From: Candidatus Bathyarchaeota archaeon
GTDB taxonomy: Archaea > Thermoproteota > Bathyarchaeia > Bathyarchaeales > Bathycorpusculaceae
Length of the DNA: 64,000 bases
Direction: 5' to 3'
Assembly (NCBI GenBank): GCA_963826715.1
Contig: CAWGYA010000008.1
Location: 64,001 to 128,000, forward strand
This document shows positions 22,256 through 32,233 of this stretch, piece by piece. The translations under genes were made by a program, and so were the position numbers. Below the pieces are notes generated by a model, which saw only the letters and a program-made list of their open reading frames with translations, made no database searches and was not told the DNA's origin. Within the stretch, counting starts at the first letter, position 1, and each line of letters starts with the position of its first letter.

Positions 22256-23557
22256 TTAACGAGCAATCGATAGAGTTCTATAAATCCCTGAATATAATCT
22301 AAAGAATGAGAAAGGAAGATGAGAAAGTAAAGCCATAACGCTCTTATTTAAAGATAATTTGATACTCATGAAAATGAACAAGCCCCTCAAAAAAGCCATA
22401 AATGAAAAATGACCTGAAATACTAGGAATAAAAAATGGTGTCTGACGATTTACCGCTTTAATCATACCAAAGCGCGTAGAGAAATCATCCTTCTTGAACC
22501 GAAGATTAACCGCTTGAGATTTCTTAACCTTTTCCAAACTCACAGGCAACAAAGAGATCTTACCAGCAGATTCTAAATCACCCAGCAAATTCTCAGCAAA
22601 CTTTGTCCGAGTCACCAATATAGACTCACCAACTTTGTCGCAGCCAAACTCAGGCAACCATGCATCCCCAAGAGAAATATCCGACAACTCAGCCATCTGA
22701 TCAGGGCACATAATACATCGCACTGGTGTATAAAGAAAACTGGAAAAAACAGGCCAATATGAACGCCAGTTTCCAACTAAATCAATTCTAGTTGACCCCC
22801 GAGCGGTTCTAACTGTCATTGCACCAGGCCAACCACTTCCCCTATAGGTAATGCTTTGAACGTTATCCTTCCTGATATTTAATTTTCCAACAATAAAATC
22901 AGTACCGGAAAAACTAACCATATGAGAGCACATAAGACCCAAATGCAAAACTATCTTCTTTTTAAGCTCCGGAAACAACTCTTCCGCTTTCCTCACTCCA
23001 TGAAGGTGACAAGGCAAACCAACAACTGCAAACCTGCCTTTTGCATGCAGAATATCTTTTAACGCATAGTTGGCAGCCACAGGACAATATTTTGATTTTG
23101 ACGCTAAAATAATCTCTTCCGCTGATCTAGCAATAAATGCCTCAGACTGCAAAGGATTTGCAGAGTTCATTCGAGTAACAAGGGCACCATCAATCAAACC
23201 CAGCTCCAAAGCATAAATCAAAATCTGACTAGCCATTCCACCAGATGCAGAATTATATCGTAGATTTTGATCAATCGAATGACTAACATAACAGGTTAGA
23301 CATTCACCAGCCGAATAATCGGAAGGTACCTTTCCAAAAGCCGCAATATTCAATTTTTCAAAATCAACTTTGTAACCAGGACAAACTTTCGCACATATGC
23401 CACATGAAGAACATTTTTCTAAAGAAAGTTTGGGCTCCCAAAGCCCATTAACTACCGTCATAGTCAAGGCTTCACTGGGGCATACGCCAGCGCAGGTTCC
23501 ACAACCGTGGCATAACCCAGCCTCAACTACTTTGGAAACCGTAATCAAATTAATCAA
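22256..23557 (-). CDS. Coenzyme F420 hydrogenase/dehydrogenase beta-subunit (FrhB) family Fe-S protein with N-terminal 2x[4Fe-4S] domain
   Basis: Two CxxCxxCxxxCP motifs; SASGG, SKYCP, VGLPC, YRGSGWPG and DISLGDAW. Confidence 0.88.
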   Translation of the reverse strand: MINLITVSKVVEAGLCHGCGTCAGVCPSEALTMTVVNGLWEPKLSLEKCSSCGICAKVCPGYKVDFEKLNIAAFGKVPSDYSAGECLTCYVSHSIDQNLRYNSASGGMASQILIYALELGLIDGALVTRMNSANPLQSEAFIARSAEEIILASKSKYCPVAANYALKDILHAKGRFAVVGLPCHLHGVRKAEELFPELKKKIVLHLGLMCSHMVSFSGTDFIVGKLNIRKDNVQSITYRGSGWPGAMTVRTARGSTRIDLVGNWRSYWPVFSSFLYTPVRCIMCPDQMAELSDISLGDAWLPEFGCDKVGESILVTRTKFAENLLGDLESAGKISLLPVSLEKVKKSQAVNLRFKKDDFSTRFGMIKAVNRQTPFFIPSISGHFSFMAFLRGLFIFMSIKLSLNKSVMALLSHLPFSFFRLYSGIYRTLSIAR

Positions 23558-24482
23558 CTGCTTTGCGGACTTTTCCTACAACAAAACCGAACAGTACTAA
23601 CAATGATGATATAAATAATGTGGTTAATTGGCTTAAATCCTTCAAACGATAAAATCGTTTAAGACGACTCAATACTGAAGAAGTCGCAAGAAAATTCAGG
23701 TAATTACGCTCCTTATCTAGAGGCAGCGATGTACCTACAAAAGTGTCATTTATTAAGGCTTTAGAATATCCTTGATAGAATGATCTCTTCCAAAGATACT
23801 TAAAGGTCATCCTTTTGGAACTAACTTTATGGAGCACAACAGCAGAAGGGTCATTCATAATTTTTGCATCAGGAAGTTTTAGATGAACTCTGTTAGAAAA
23901 TTCTGGCTCCTCTCCATCCAAAAGAACCTTTCCTAATCGCCCAACATCATTTCTGAAATAGCCTACCTTCTCGAAAACAGAGCGTCTAAAAGACATGTTA
24001 CAGCCAATCGGATTTCTTACAGCTTCCCACTTATTACTTAGGCCTTTATAAGAACACCCAATAATCCAATTGAGTTCTTCTGGGAACCAATCAAAAGACT
24101 TACTCTCTTCCTACAAAGGGACAACCAGTCCCCCAACACCAGCAACTTTTGGTTCGGAATAATTCCTGAAAATGTTCTTCAGCCAATTCCTATCAGCAAC
24201 TGCGTCATCATCGATGAAAGCAATTATTTCACTCTTTGAATATCTAACTCCAGCATTTCTTGCGTTAGAAAGCCCAAAACCATTGCTTGATAGAATCTTA
24301 ACTTCTTTCGGAACAATAGACCGAAAGAATCGTATAAGATCAGAATCATGATCCAAAATTAGCAAAATCTCATTAGGCAAAAAAGTTTGGTTTTGCAATG
24401 AATATATGCAATCTAATACCTGATCTTTCAAAGCTTTTGAGTAAGTCGAAATGACAACGGAAATTCCTTCTTCAACAATCAA
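23550..24482 (-). pseudogene. AglG-like GT2 glycosyltransferase interrupted by one in-frame TAG at 24111-24113
   Basis: ORFs 24111..24482 and 23550..23996 are in the same frame, with linker VVPL*EESKSFDWFPEELNWIIGCSY...IGCNMSFRR; AFIDDDA (DxD) motif. Confidence 0.8.
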
Positions 24483-24780
24483 ATAACATAGTCAACCTTA
24501 TGTAATTAAACACTGTTAGTCTAAAAACACAGCAATTGTCTAAAGCATCCAACATTATAAATATAATGTAGGCACCTATTAAAATACTCAATCCAATGCC
24601 AATGACAAAAAGACAATATTTTAACTTTGATAATTTTACAAAAGCAATTTATAAAGTTGAATTCAAAACATATTTTAATATTTGCTCACTACATAATTTC
24701 TATTAACCTTAATTATTTATAGAAAAAACTTTCACAAAACCAGTATCCAACATAAAAGAATTAAATTTTTCATATCAAAA

Positions 24781-25271
24781 TTAAGGAGATCGATTCTTAT
24801 TATTAGTTTTAAATTGATTGAATTCTCTAAATATCGCAAAAGTAGCTAAAATAATAATAAACGCAACCAAGCTAAAAGTGATTGGCGTTAACCTTACTCC
24901 CCAAGGTGTACTGTTCAATACTAACCCAACCAAGGGAGCAATAATTAGACTCAATCCAACACTAAAGACAATTTTTTCTAATAATTCCATTTTTGTTGAA
25001 GAGTTCTTATGGGTAATTTGTATAAAAACAAAGATTTCATTAAAACAAACCCAGGCAAAAACATTATTAGAATTATACTGAGAAGAGATCGCAGATAAGT
25101 TAGTGGAAAGAAATTCGCAGGAATTACGAAAATGGTAACTGCTGCAATCGCTGCAAGAAAGATTGTAATCCAGTACCAGGTACATTTGGAGAAAAAAGCA
25201 ATAAGACCTTCTCTCATAGATTCAGAACCTTTTTCTGGTGATAATTTAACTTTGTTTTTTAATTGAACCAA
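24781..25271 (-). CDS. DUF1616-like membrane protein with a frameshift near 25000; 5' end uncertain
   Basis: FLPGFVL and EKIVFSVGLSLIIAPLVGLVLNSTPWGVRL are split over two frames. Confidence 0.65.
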
Positions 25272-25473
25272 TTCGCGCGTAAAGCTTTTTGTTTAAGATT
25301 TTGATTAAGTCGGACTATATAAATCGGCTTTTTAGTTTCTATTATATCTCCTTCATCATTATGAACATTTATAATTCATTTTCAATTATTGTTTTATTTA
25401 GGAAGCATTTGTCTTTGTAGTCTAAGTAAAGCCTTAGAGTCAAGGTTGGATAAAAGCTATCACTAACCGTTAT

Positions 25474-26082
25474 TTAGATTTTACTTGTGCAGTTAAGCTG
25501 TAAATAGACAAATCGGTTGTTAAATTCGAACATGTTTGTTTGACTGTTAAAAGACCAAAGTTCGAATAATAGCTTGTATTGATATTCCGATTTTGTGGAA
25601 TTCCAAATTGATTCTTTATTTACGTTGGAATCCCACCCATTTAATATCAGATTACCGACAACCAATTGATTATTTGAGACGATAGCGTTAGAAAATGAGA
25701 AAGTAAATGCTTTTTCAAATACACGTTCATCTTGAACTAAGAACCGGTATTCCTGCAAAGGCTGCAAAGTACTGGCAATTCCTTTACTAACATCTGGTAG
25801 AATATCAGAGGCATTCAAAAACTTAATATAAACAAGATAGTAGGCTGCAGATCCAATATGATTTCCAACATCAAAATATACAGTGTAATCCTGATTTGGC
25901 ATAATATTATGCGGATATTCTTCTGCCATACGTTCAGGTCCAAGTAGATAAAACTCAGAAAACTGTTCCCCCAAAGGACGGGAGATAAAACCTGAGATAG
26001 AGGGAGATGCAATGAGCAATGCTACGATTAGTCCTGTTGAAATTAAGATAATTTTATATTGCTCAAGCTTCATCATTGGCAC
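25474..26082 (-). CDS. DUF1616-like protein (one TM helix plus extracellular domain)
   Basis: GEQFSEFYLLGP...YP, VGNH...YYLVYIK and KLLFELW motifs. Confidence 0.7.
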   Translation of the reverse strand: MPMMKLEQYKIILISTGLIVALLIASPSISGFISRPLGEQFSEFYLLGPERMAEEYPHNIMPNQDYTVYFDVGNHIGSAAYYLVYIKFLNASDILPDVSKGIASTLQPLQEYRFLVQDERVFEKAFTFSFSNAIVSNNQLVVGNLILNGWDSNVNKESIWNSTKSEYQYKLLFELWSFNSQTNMFEFNNRFVYLQLNCTSKI

Positions 26083-26096
26083 CCTCAGATTTTGAA

Positions 26097-26583
26097 TTAT
26101 TTAGGTTTTTTGAGTAGTTGCGCCTGAAAAAACGCCAAACAGTAAATAAAACGAATAATCAGCGTCAATAGTCCAGTAATTGTTATCGCCAAATTTGACC
26201 AAAAACCAGCCTTAGTTGAATTTTGAGCTTCTTCTTTAGCTTGCTGAGCTAATACATTAACGTTGCCTTGCAATTGAAACAGCTTCATCTGATTTAGAGT
26301 TAACTGTAGCAGTATCGCCAATTCTATATGCATTTTCCGCTTCCGATAACAGAGCAGTTGCACGGTTCAGCTGATTGACTAAACCCGTTACATTTGCACC
26401 AGTATTTTCCGCGCTCAATAAAATTTTGAATACTTGATTAACAACATTACTTGCTGCATCCAAATTATTATTTTGAGCACCCGCAAAATATTCGTCAACA
26501 TAAATACTAACCATCAAGAGAGAAAGTAAACCTAAGACCAAAAATTTTCGAAAAATAATCATAATAGTCATCTTTAGCACCAT
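26097..26583 (-). CDS. Hypothetical protein with signal peptide, helical domain and C-terminal TM; frameshifted
   Basis: AENTGANVTGLVNQLN...AENAYRIGD continues in a second frame (NVLAQQAKEEAQ...FWSNLAITITG). Confidence 0.55.
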
Positions 26584-27292
26584 AACTTCTTTATTTATTT
26601 CTGAGTCAACTAGTCAACTATTAAGGTATTTATATCATTAATTCAACATTTTACGATTAAAACTAAGCAGAAGAAATACGATTAGAATACAATTGCTTCC
26701 ATTAAAACCGCAGTAAAACCTACAAAGTCCCTGCCTGAAGGCAGTGGAAAAGCACAAATTCCCAGCAGCGCATTTACTTATCTCTTTCTCTCGCTCTCCT
26801 TTAGTGAAGAATCCAAACATTTAATGGATAAACCAAAACACTGCAAGTTATTTTGAATAAAATTAAATACAAAACAAACAATAGCTACTAAAACTGACGC
26901 TCCAAATAAGACGATGAAACTTTCTTTTACAAATCTATGTAGCCTTATTTGGAGACGCATAATACTTCACACAGCAAAAAGCAATCATCAGATATAAACA
27001 ATGTTTCTAAAGACTCAATAAATTTCTAAAAAAAAATTATAAAAAAAAATTATTCAATATACATTAGCCAATAATCTAATTAAAACACTAAATTTAGTGA
27101 TAAAAAAGATTAAAATAACGCCAATACAGTAGCAGGAAGCAAAAACTAAAACAAAAGCCACACCAGTTGATTCTCTGCATTGCCATTAGGTATTTTACCG
27201 CTTTTTCGATCAACCTCAACGGAGGTTCATAAATTGAAAACGAGCTTAAAAAATGAAAAAAATAAAAGGAGGCATTTGGTGGAAATTTTTGT

Positions 27293-28456
27293 TTAACGGC
27301 GAGTTCGCGAAGATGAATGGTGGTATGAACTCCAAGTTTGATATCCAGACCACGATGAGCCTGAAGAATATCTGGAGTTACCTGAGTCTGACGATGGAGA
27401 TGTAGTTGAAGACGGTGTGGGAGTCGGACTAGAAGTTGTTGGTGGTGATGTGGTTGATGGGGTTGACGCGTGGACTTGTCGAAGGTGAATTTACGGTTGC
27501 AGTATTTACTAACGCATAGAATGCAGAGATTTGGTGTATAGCCTTTGAATATATTGTAGGTTTCACCGGTTGATTCTGGTTGACTAACCCAACAGAATAT
27601 TTGATCTATCCCTTTGGACTTTGCGTAAGCAACGAAAGATTGAACATAGGCCTTTTGGTCAGCGAGGTTATTGTTAGATTTGCCAAATTCGGTGATCCAC
27701 AATTGTTTATTTTGGCTGTGAGCAGCGGACAACGCGTTTAAGATTTTCGATTCTGTACATCCATAAACTGATGCTGACGGATTTCTTGCATCCCAATATG
27801 AATTGCGACATAGAGAAATCAGTTGCTTTATCAATTGCTGACGAATAATGTCCTGTGCTTGGGCTGTAACCACCCATAAATCTCACAGATACAGGTTTAT
27901 CAGTTACGCTATGTGCAGCAGCTATTACGGTCAAGATAAAGTTATTTTCGCTTGAAGATGCAGTTCTAGCTTGGGGTTCATTGAGTATCATGAAAGCATT
28001 GACATTATATCCGTTAAATGCAGACAGAGTTGTTTTTACATAATTTATGTAGGTATTGCGATTAGAGGCTGAACTGGACGCAGAATCCCTGAACTTTTGA
28101 TCCCATGTCGTGTACCAAGTGTGCAAATCGACGTTAATGGAGATTCCGTGTTCATTGGCAATTGGAATAATGGTTTTTATTTTTGATACAGCGGTATTAC
28201 TGTTACCGGTGAATTCGGTATACGAGTTTATTCTTAGAGTCAGTGTTGTGATTCCCTGATTCTGCAGAGTTGTCATAAAGTTTTGGATTTCAGAATTTGT
28301 CATACTGTAGTAGTTAATCAGTTCTGTGCTTACTAATGTGGGGATTGTTGCGGCTTGAGCAAAGATTGCTGATGGGTCAATGGCAGTTAAGAATCCACAG
28401 ATCATCAGAGTCATCAACGTAGTCATTAGTAGGGTTTTAAAGGTTGATTTTTTCAT
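27293..28456 (-). CDS. Second secreted GH5-like hydrolase, paralog of 16604..17806, with a C-terminal Ser/Thr/Pro tail; about three frameshifts (near 27815, 27530 and 27470)
   Basis: Shares [50 protein letters not shown] and GETYNI with the paralog. Confidence 0.75.
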
Positions 28457-28705
28457 TTATTTTTCCCTCTCTCTTTTTAATACAAACCTTTTATTACAAA
28501 GTAACATATGGTTGATATCGTTTAAGTTTTTTGTAACCGACGACGTAAACACATTGTTACATAAACTGCGCCAACTAAGCAATTTTTTATTTAAATTTGT
28601 CATTCCTGCGAAGCAAAGTTGATACCTTTGCAAAAGTCAATTTAAACAGAGCTAAACCAAGTTGAACCGAACTTAAAACCTAAAAAGATAGAAAAAGAAA
28701 ACACC

Positions 28706-29422
28706 TTAAGGCTTCAAGGTAAATGTATTAGATATAATTCTTCTAAATATTTCAATCCCATTACGCGGTCCAAGCTTCTTCTTACCCAAGCGTAATCTAT
28801 AGTCAATTGGCAGCTCTGCTATCGCATAACCTTTACGGTCAACCAAAGAGTTAAGTTCGACTTCAATGTCAAACCCCTTGCTTTTTGGTTTCCAATTTCT
28901 TAAAAGATCAGCCCTAACAACCCGCAAACCTGACAAGGGATCACTTAGCTTGATTCCATTTAGGAGATAATGAATTGCTGCAATTAACTGGTTGCCAATA
29001 TAGAAAACATTTTTTGAAGATTTGTCATGATTTTTTGAGCCATTGAAGCGGTCTCCAATCACCATTCCGACGTTTGGAAAACTCTCCAAAAGCTTGACCA
29101 TCATAGGAATAGACTCAGCGGGGTATGTATAATCAGCGTCAGTAAAAACAACATATTGATTGTTGTAATTTAGCTCTTCAAGACCCTGCATCATGGCGTT
29201 GCCTTTACCAACGCCCTTCTGGATAGAAACTTTGGCGCCAAAATTTCGGGCAATTTCAACTGTTCGATCTTCGCTATTTCCATCGACTACAATTAAATAG
29301 GGTCTGCCTAAGACCGTTTGAATTTCTTCTATTGTGGGTCCTATGCCGGGTTCTTCATTTAGGGCGGCGAGAACCACTGCAATCTGTGAAGATGGATTTT
29401 GTATTCCTATTTGTTCAAGCAT
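28706..29422 (-). CDS. GT2 glycosyltransferase, DPM1/AglJ-like (polyprenyl-phosphate glycosyltransferase)
   Basis: ALNEE, VVDGNSEDRT, GKG, DADYTYP and GFDIEVEL. Confidence 0.88.
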   Translation of the reverse strand: MLEQIGIQNPSSQIAVVLAALNEEPGIGPTIEEIQTVLGRPYLIVVDGNSEDRTVEIARNFGAKVSIQKGVGKGNAMMQGLEELNYNNQYVVFTDADYTYPAESIPMMVKLLESFPNVGMVIGDRFNGSKNHDKSSKNVFYIGNQLIAAIHYLLNGIKLSDPLSGLRVVRADLLRNWKPKSKGFDIEVELNSLVDRKGYAIAELPIDYRLRLGKKKLGPRNGIEIFRRIISNTFTLKP

Positions 29423-29608
29423 TTCTCCTTTCCCTCAACAATATTTTCAGTGTAAGAATAGTTATAAAGCATTATTACGAATCACGATATAAGACGTACC
29501 CTGACCGTTTATAAGGCCCCAAAACGAAAAAAAAATAACTGATCAGACTTTATTAAGCTTTTGACCGGTAACTCAATTTCACTCAATGAAAAAATCATAA
29601 AAAAACTC

Positions 29609-30547
29609 TCACAATTTCGCCTCAAGCAAAACACAAAGACCATCCCTTAGCGAAACCTTAGGCGCATAACCCAAATACTTTTGAGCCTTGGAAATATCTG
29701 CATAACTATCTTTAATGTCACCTACCCGAGAAGATTCATAACAAATATCTAAGTCTACGTCAGCTAATTCTAAAATCGTTTTAGCTAACTCATTAACGGA
29801 CGTGGGCTTGCCTGAACCAACATTAAAAACTTCGCCCTCAACACCCTCAACGACCATTGCAGCTAAAATAGCATCCACGACATCAGCAACATTAACGAAA
29901 TCTCTTGTCTGCAAACCATCACCATAAATCAGCAAGGGCTCTTTCTTTTTTATGCGATCCATAAACTTTGTTATAACTCCACTGTAATCGTTCATGCCCT
30001 GCCGTGGACCGTAAACGTTTAGAAAACGCAGAATAACCGACTTCAAAAGCTTACGCTCACTAAAGCCCAAACAGTAACGTTCCCCAAGAAGCTTAGAGTC
30101 TGCGTAGGGAGAAATCGGGTTTACCTTAACAGTTTCATTTATCGGCAAAACTTTTGTGTCACCATAAACTGCGCAACTGGAAGCAAACACAAACTTCCCA
30201 ATACCTTCCTGGACGCTGCTTCGCAAAAGATTTGACGTACCTGAAAGGTTTACATCAAAGGTTAACTCTGGATTTTGAATTGAGAGGGGCACACTGATGA
30301 GGGCCGCTAGATGAATAACTACATCAACACCTTTGAGGGTACTTTTGACGATTTTTTCATCACGGATGTCACCTTCAACAAACTCTACAGCACCAGAAGA
30401 CAAATGCGCCCCAATATTGGCTAAGTTCCCGCTGGATAAATCATCAAGAACCCTAACAGAATAACCCTGGGTAATTAGGCGATCAACAACATGGCTGCCA
30501 ATGAAACCAGCACCACCAGTAACCAAAACCATAATTTTTTCAGGCAT
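29609..30547 (-). CDS. UDP-glucose/GlcNAc 4-epimerase-like SDR
   Basis: VTGGAGFIGSH, SPYADSK, NVYGPRQ and TRDFVNV. Confidence 0.9.
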   Translation of the reverse strand: MPEKIMVLVTGGAGFIGSHVVDRLITQGYSVRVLDDLSSGNLANIGAHLSSGAVEFVEGDIRDEKIVKSTLKGVDVVIHLAALISVPLSIQNPELTFDVNLSGTSNLLRSSVQEGIGKFVFASSCAVYGDTKVLPINETVKVNPISPYADSKLLGERYCLGFSERKLLKSVILRFLNVYGPRQGMNDYSGVITKFMDRIKKKEPLLIYGDGLQTRDFVNVADVVDAILAAMVVEGVEGEVFNVGSGKPTSVNELAKTILELADVDLDICYESSRVGDIKDSYADISKAQKYLGYAPKVSLRDGLCVLLEAKL

Positions 30548-30655
30548 ACCATATACTCAGCGAAGTAATTTATTAAACAATTTGATAACTAAAGATGTTG
30601 ATATTTCACTAGTCAGCTAATCCACACAAACTGAAAGTCTCTTTTCTCCACCAAC

Positions 30656-31792
30656 CTAATGCGGACATCTCTTACTTTTAATGTCCGCAATAGCATCACA
30701 AACATACTTTATTTCTTCGGGTTTTAACCCTGAACTAGAGGGCAAATATAATCCAGTTTTAGATAACCCCTCCGCAATAGGATACCCTTCTCCCAAGAAA
30801 AGGTTCATATCAGCAAAAACCGGCTGCCTATTCATAGGAACAAAAAAAGCTCGAGTATCAACACCCTTATGGGCAAGTTCAAGCATCAATTCATCACGAC
30901 TCAAACCAAACTCAGGCTCCACAACAACAGAGTACATCCAATAAACATTCTTAGCCCAAGGCTTCTCTACAGGCAACCTTATACCAACGATATCCTTCAA
31001 CAAATCATTGTAAAAATACGCATTCTTCCGACGCATAGCAACAAAATCATCAATTCTTTCAAGCTGAGCAAGACCCACAGCTGCCTGAAGATTAGTCATC
31101 CTATAATTGTACCCGACTTCAGAATGCACATAAGTCCGCTTCTTCCCATCACTGAAAGACAAATCCTTAAGACGACAAGCCTTCTCAGCAATATCAGCAC
31201 TATTAGTTACTAACATGCCGCCCTCGCCGCAGGTAATTATCTTGTTAGCATAAAAACTAAAACAACCAACGTCTCCAATCCCGCCTGCTCTTTTACTCTT
31301 ATACTCAGCCCCGTGAGCCTCGGCGGCATCCTCGACAACATGCAAACCAAACTTATGCGCTACTTCCAAAACAGCATCCATATCACAAGGGTGCCCATAA
31401 ATATGAACAGGCATAATAGCCTTTGTTTTCTCAGTGATCTTTTCTTCTATTTGGGAAACAGCCATATTCCAAGTATCAGGTTCAGAATCAACCAGTACTG
31501 GTTTAGCACCACAATAAACGATGGGAAAAACAGACCCAATCATCGTAAAAGCAGGAACAATAACCTCATCACCAGGCTTCAAACCAAGGGAAGCAAGAGC
31601 CAAATGAATGGCGGTGGTACCATTAGTGGTCGTGATGCCAAACCCGCAATTACAGTACTTAGCAAAGTGGCTCTCAAACGACTCAACATACTTGCCCTTT
31701 GAGGATATCCAATTGCTTTTGATGCAGTCACTAACATAAGCAAGTTCCTTTTCACCTAACAAAGGGACACAAACAGGAATCATTTCAAACAT
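30656..31792 (-). CDS. DegT/DnrJ/EryC1/StrS aminotransferase, GDP-perosamine synthase-like
   Basis: NWISSKG, EDAAEAHG, FSFYANKIITCGEGG (PLP Lys) and GYNYRMTNLQAA; adjacent to gmd. Confidence 0.88.
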   Translation of the reverse strand: MFEMIPVCVPLLGEKELAYVSDCIKSNWISSKGKYVESFESHFAKYCNCGFGITTTNGTTAIHLALASLGLKPGDEVIVPAFTMIGSVFPIVYCGAKPVLVDSEPDTWNMAVSQIEEKITEKTKAIMPVHIYGHPCDMDAVLEVAHKFGLHVVEDAAEAHGAEYKSKRAGGIGDVGCFSFYANKIITCGEGGMLVTNSADIAEKACRLKDLSFSDGKKRTYVHSEVGYNYRMTNLQAAVGLAQLERIDDFVAMRRKNAYFYNDLLKDIVGIRLPVEKPWAKNVYWMYSVVVEPEFGLSRDELMLELAHKGVDTRAFFVPMNRQPVFADMNLFLGEGYPIAEGLSKTGLYLPSSSGLKPEEIKYVCDAIADIKSKRCPH

Positions 31793-31807
31793 CCATCTCC
31801 TCTAACA

Positions 31808-32233
31808 TTAATTATTTTTTGCAGCATCATTTTCAATCATGACTTTATCATAAGATTTCCCCAAATAGGGACCCTGCTTTATCTCAATGATAGTTGTCTC
31901 CTCAAGAATTTTAAAGCCATGACCACCACTAACAAAAAAAATCAAATCACCCGCTGATAAAGTTAGGGACCTAAAAAAATCATCATCTTTCCCAAACAAA
32001 TTCACTAGCACACTACCAGTCTTTATGTAAACCATTTCTTGAATACTTGTAACTTTAATCTCTCGATCTACATGATAATGGGGATTTATCTTTGCTCCAC
32101 TTGCATAACTATTCACACCCAGCTGTAATGGATACTCACTTTTTGAAAGAAAATTTAGCCCAGGCTTTTCAAAACTGGCTCTAACAACAATAGCAATAGT
32201 TGAATCACCATGGGTTATTTCCTCTAATGACAT
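31808..32233 (-). CDS. Small cupin-fold protein (WbuC-like)
   Basis: PHYH...QE...GGHGF...EIKQGPY metal-binding cupin motifs. Confidence 0.7.
   Translation of the reverse strand: MSLEEITHGDSTIAIVVRASFEKPGLNFLSKSEYPLQLGVNSYASGAKINPHYHVDREIKVTSIQEMVYIKTGSVLVNLFGKDDDFFRSLTLSAGDLIFFVSGGHGFKILEETTIIEIKQGPYLGKSYDKVMIENDAAKNN

Noticed and set aside
22256-23557. FrhB-like gene as evidence of an F420-reducing hydrogenase or methanogenesis
   Set aside because: No frhA/frhG nearby; the context is a polysaccharide locus, where this family is common
24111-24113. Genome-wide TAG recoding (pyrrolysine or Trp)
   Set aside because: TAG terminates conserved genes at their expected ends (atpB, atpC), and no pyl genes are in the window
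26638-26960. Two 60-aa overlapping ORFs
   Set aside because: Could be a degraded membrane-protein gene, but no family is recognisable and no consistent frame was found
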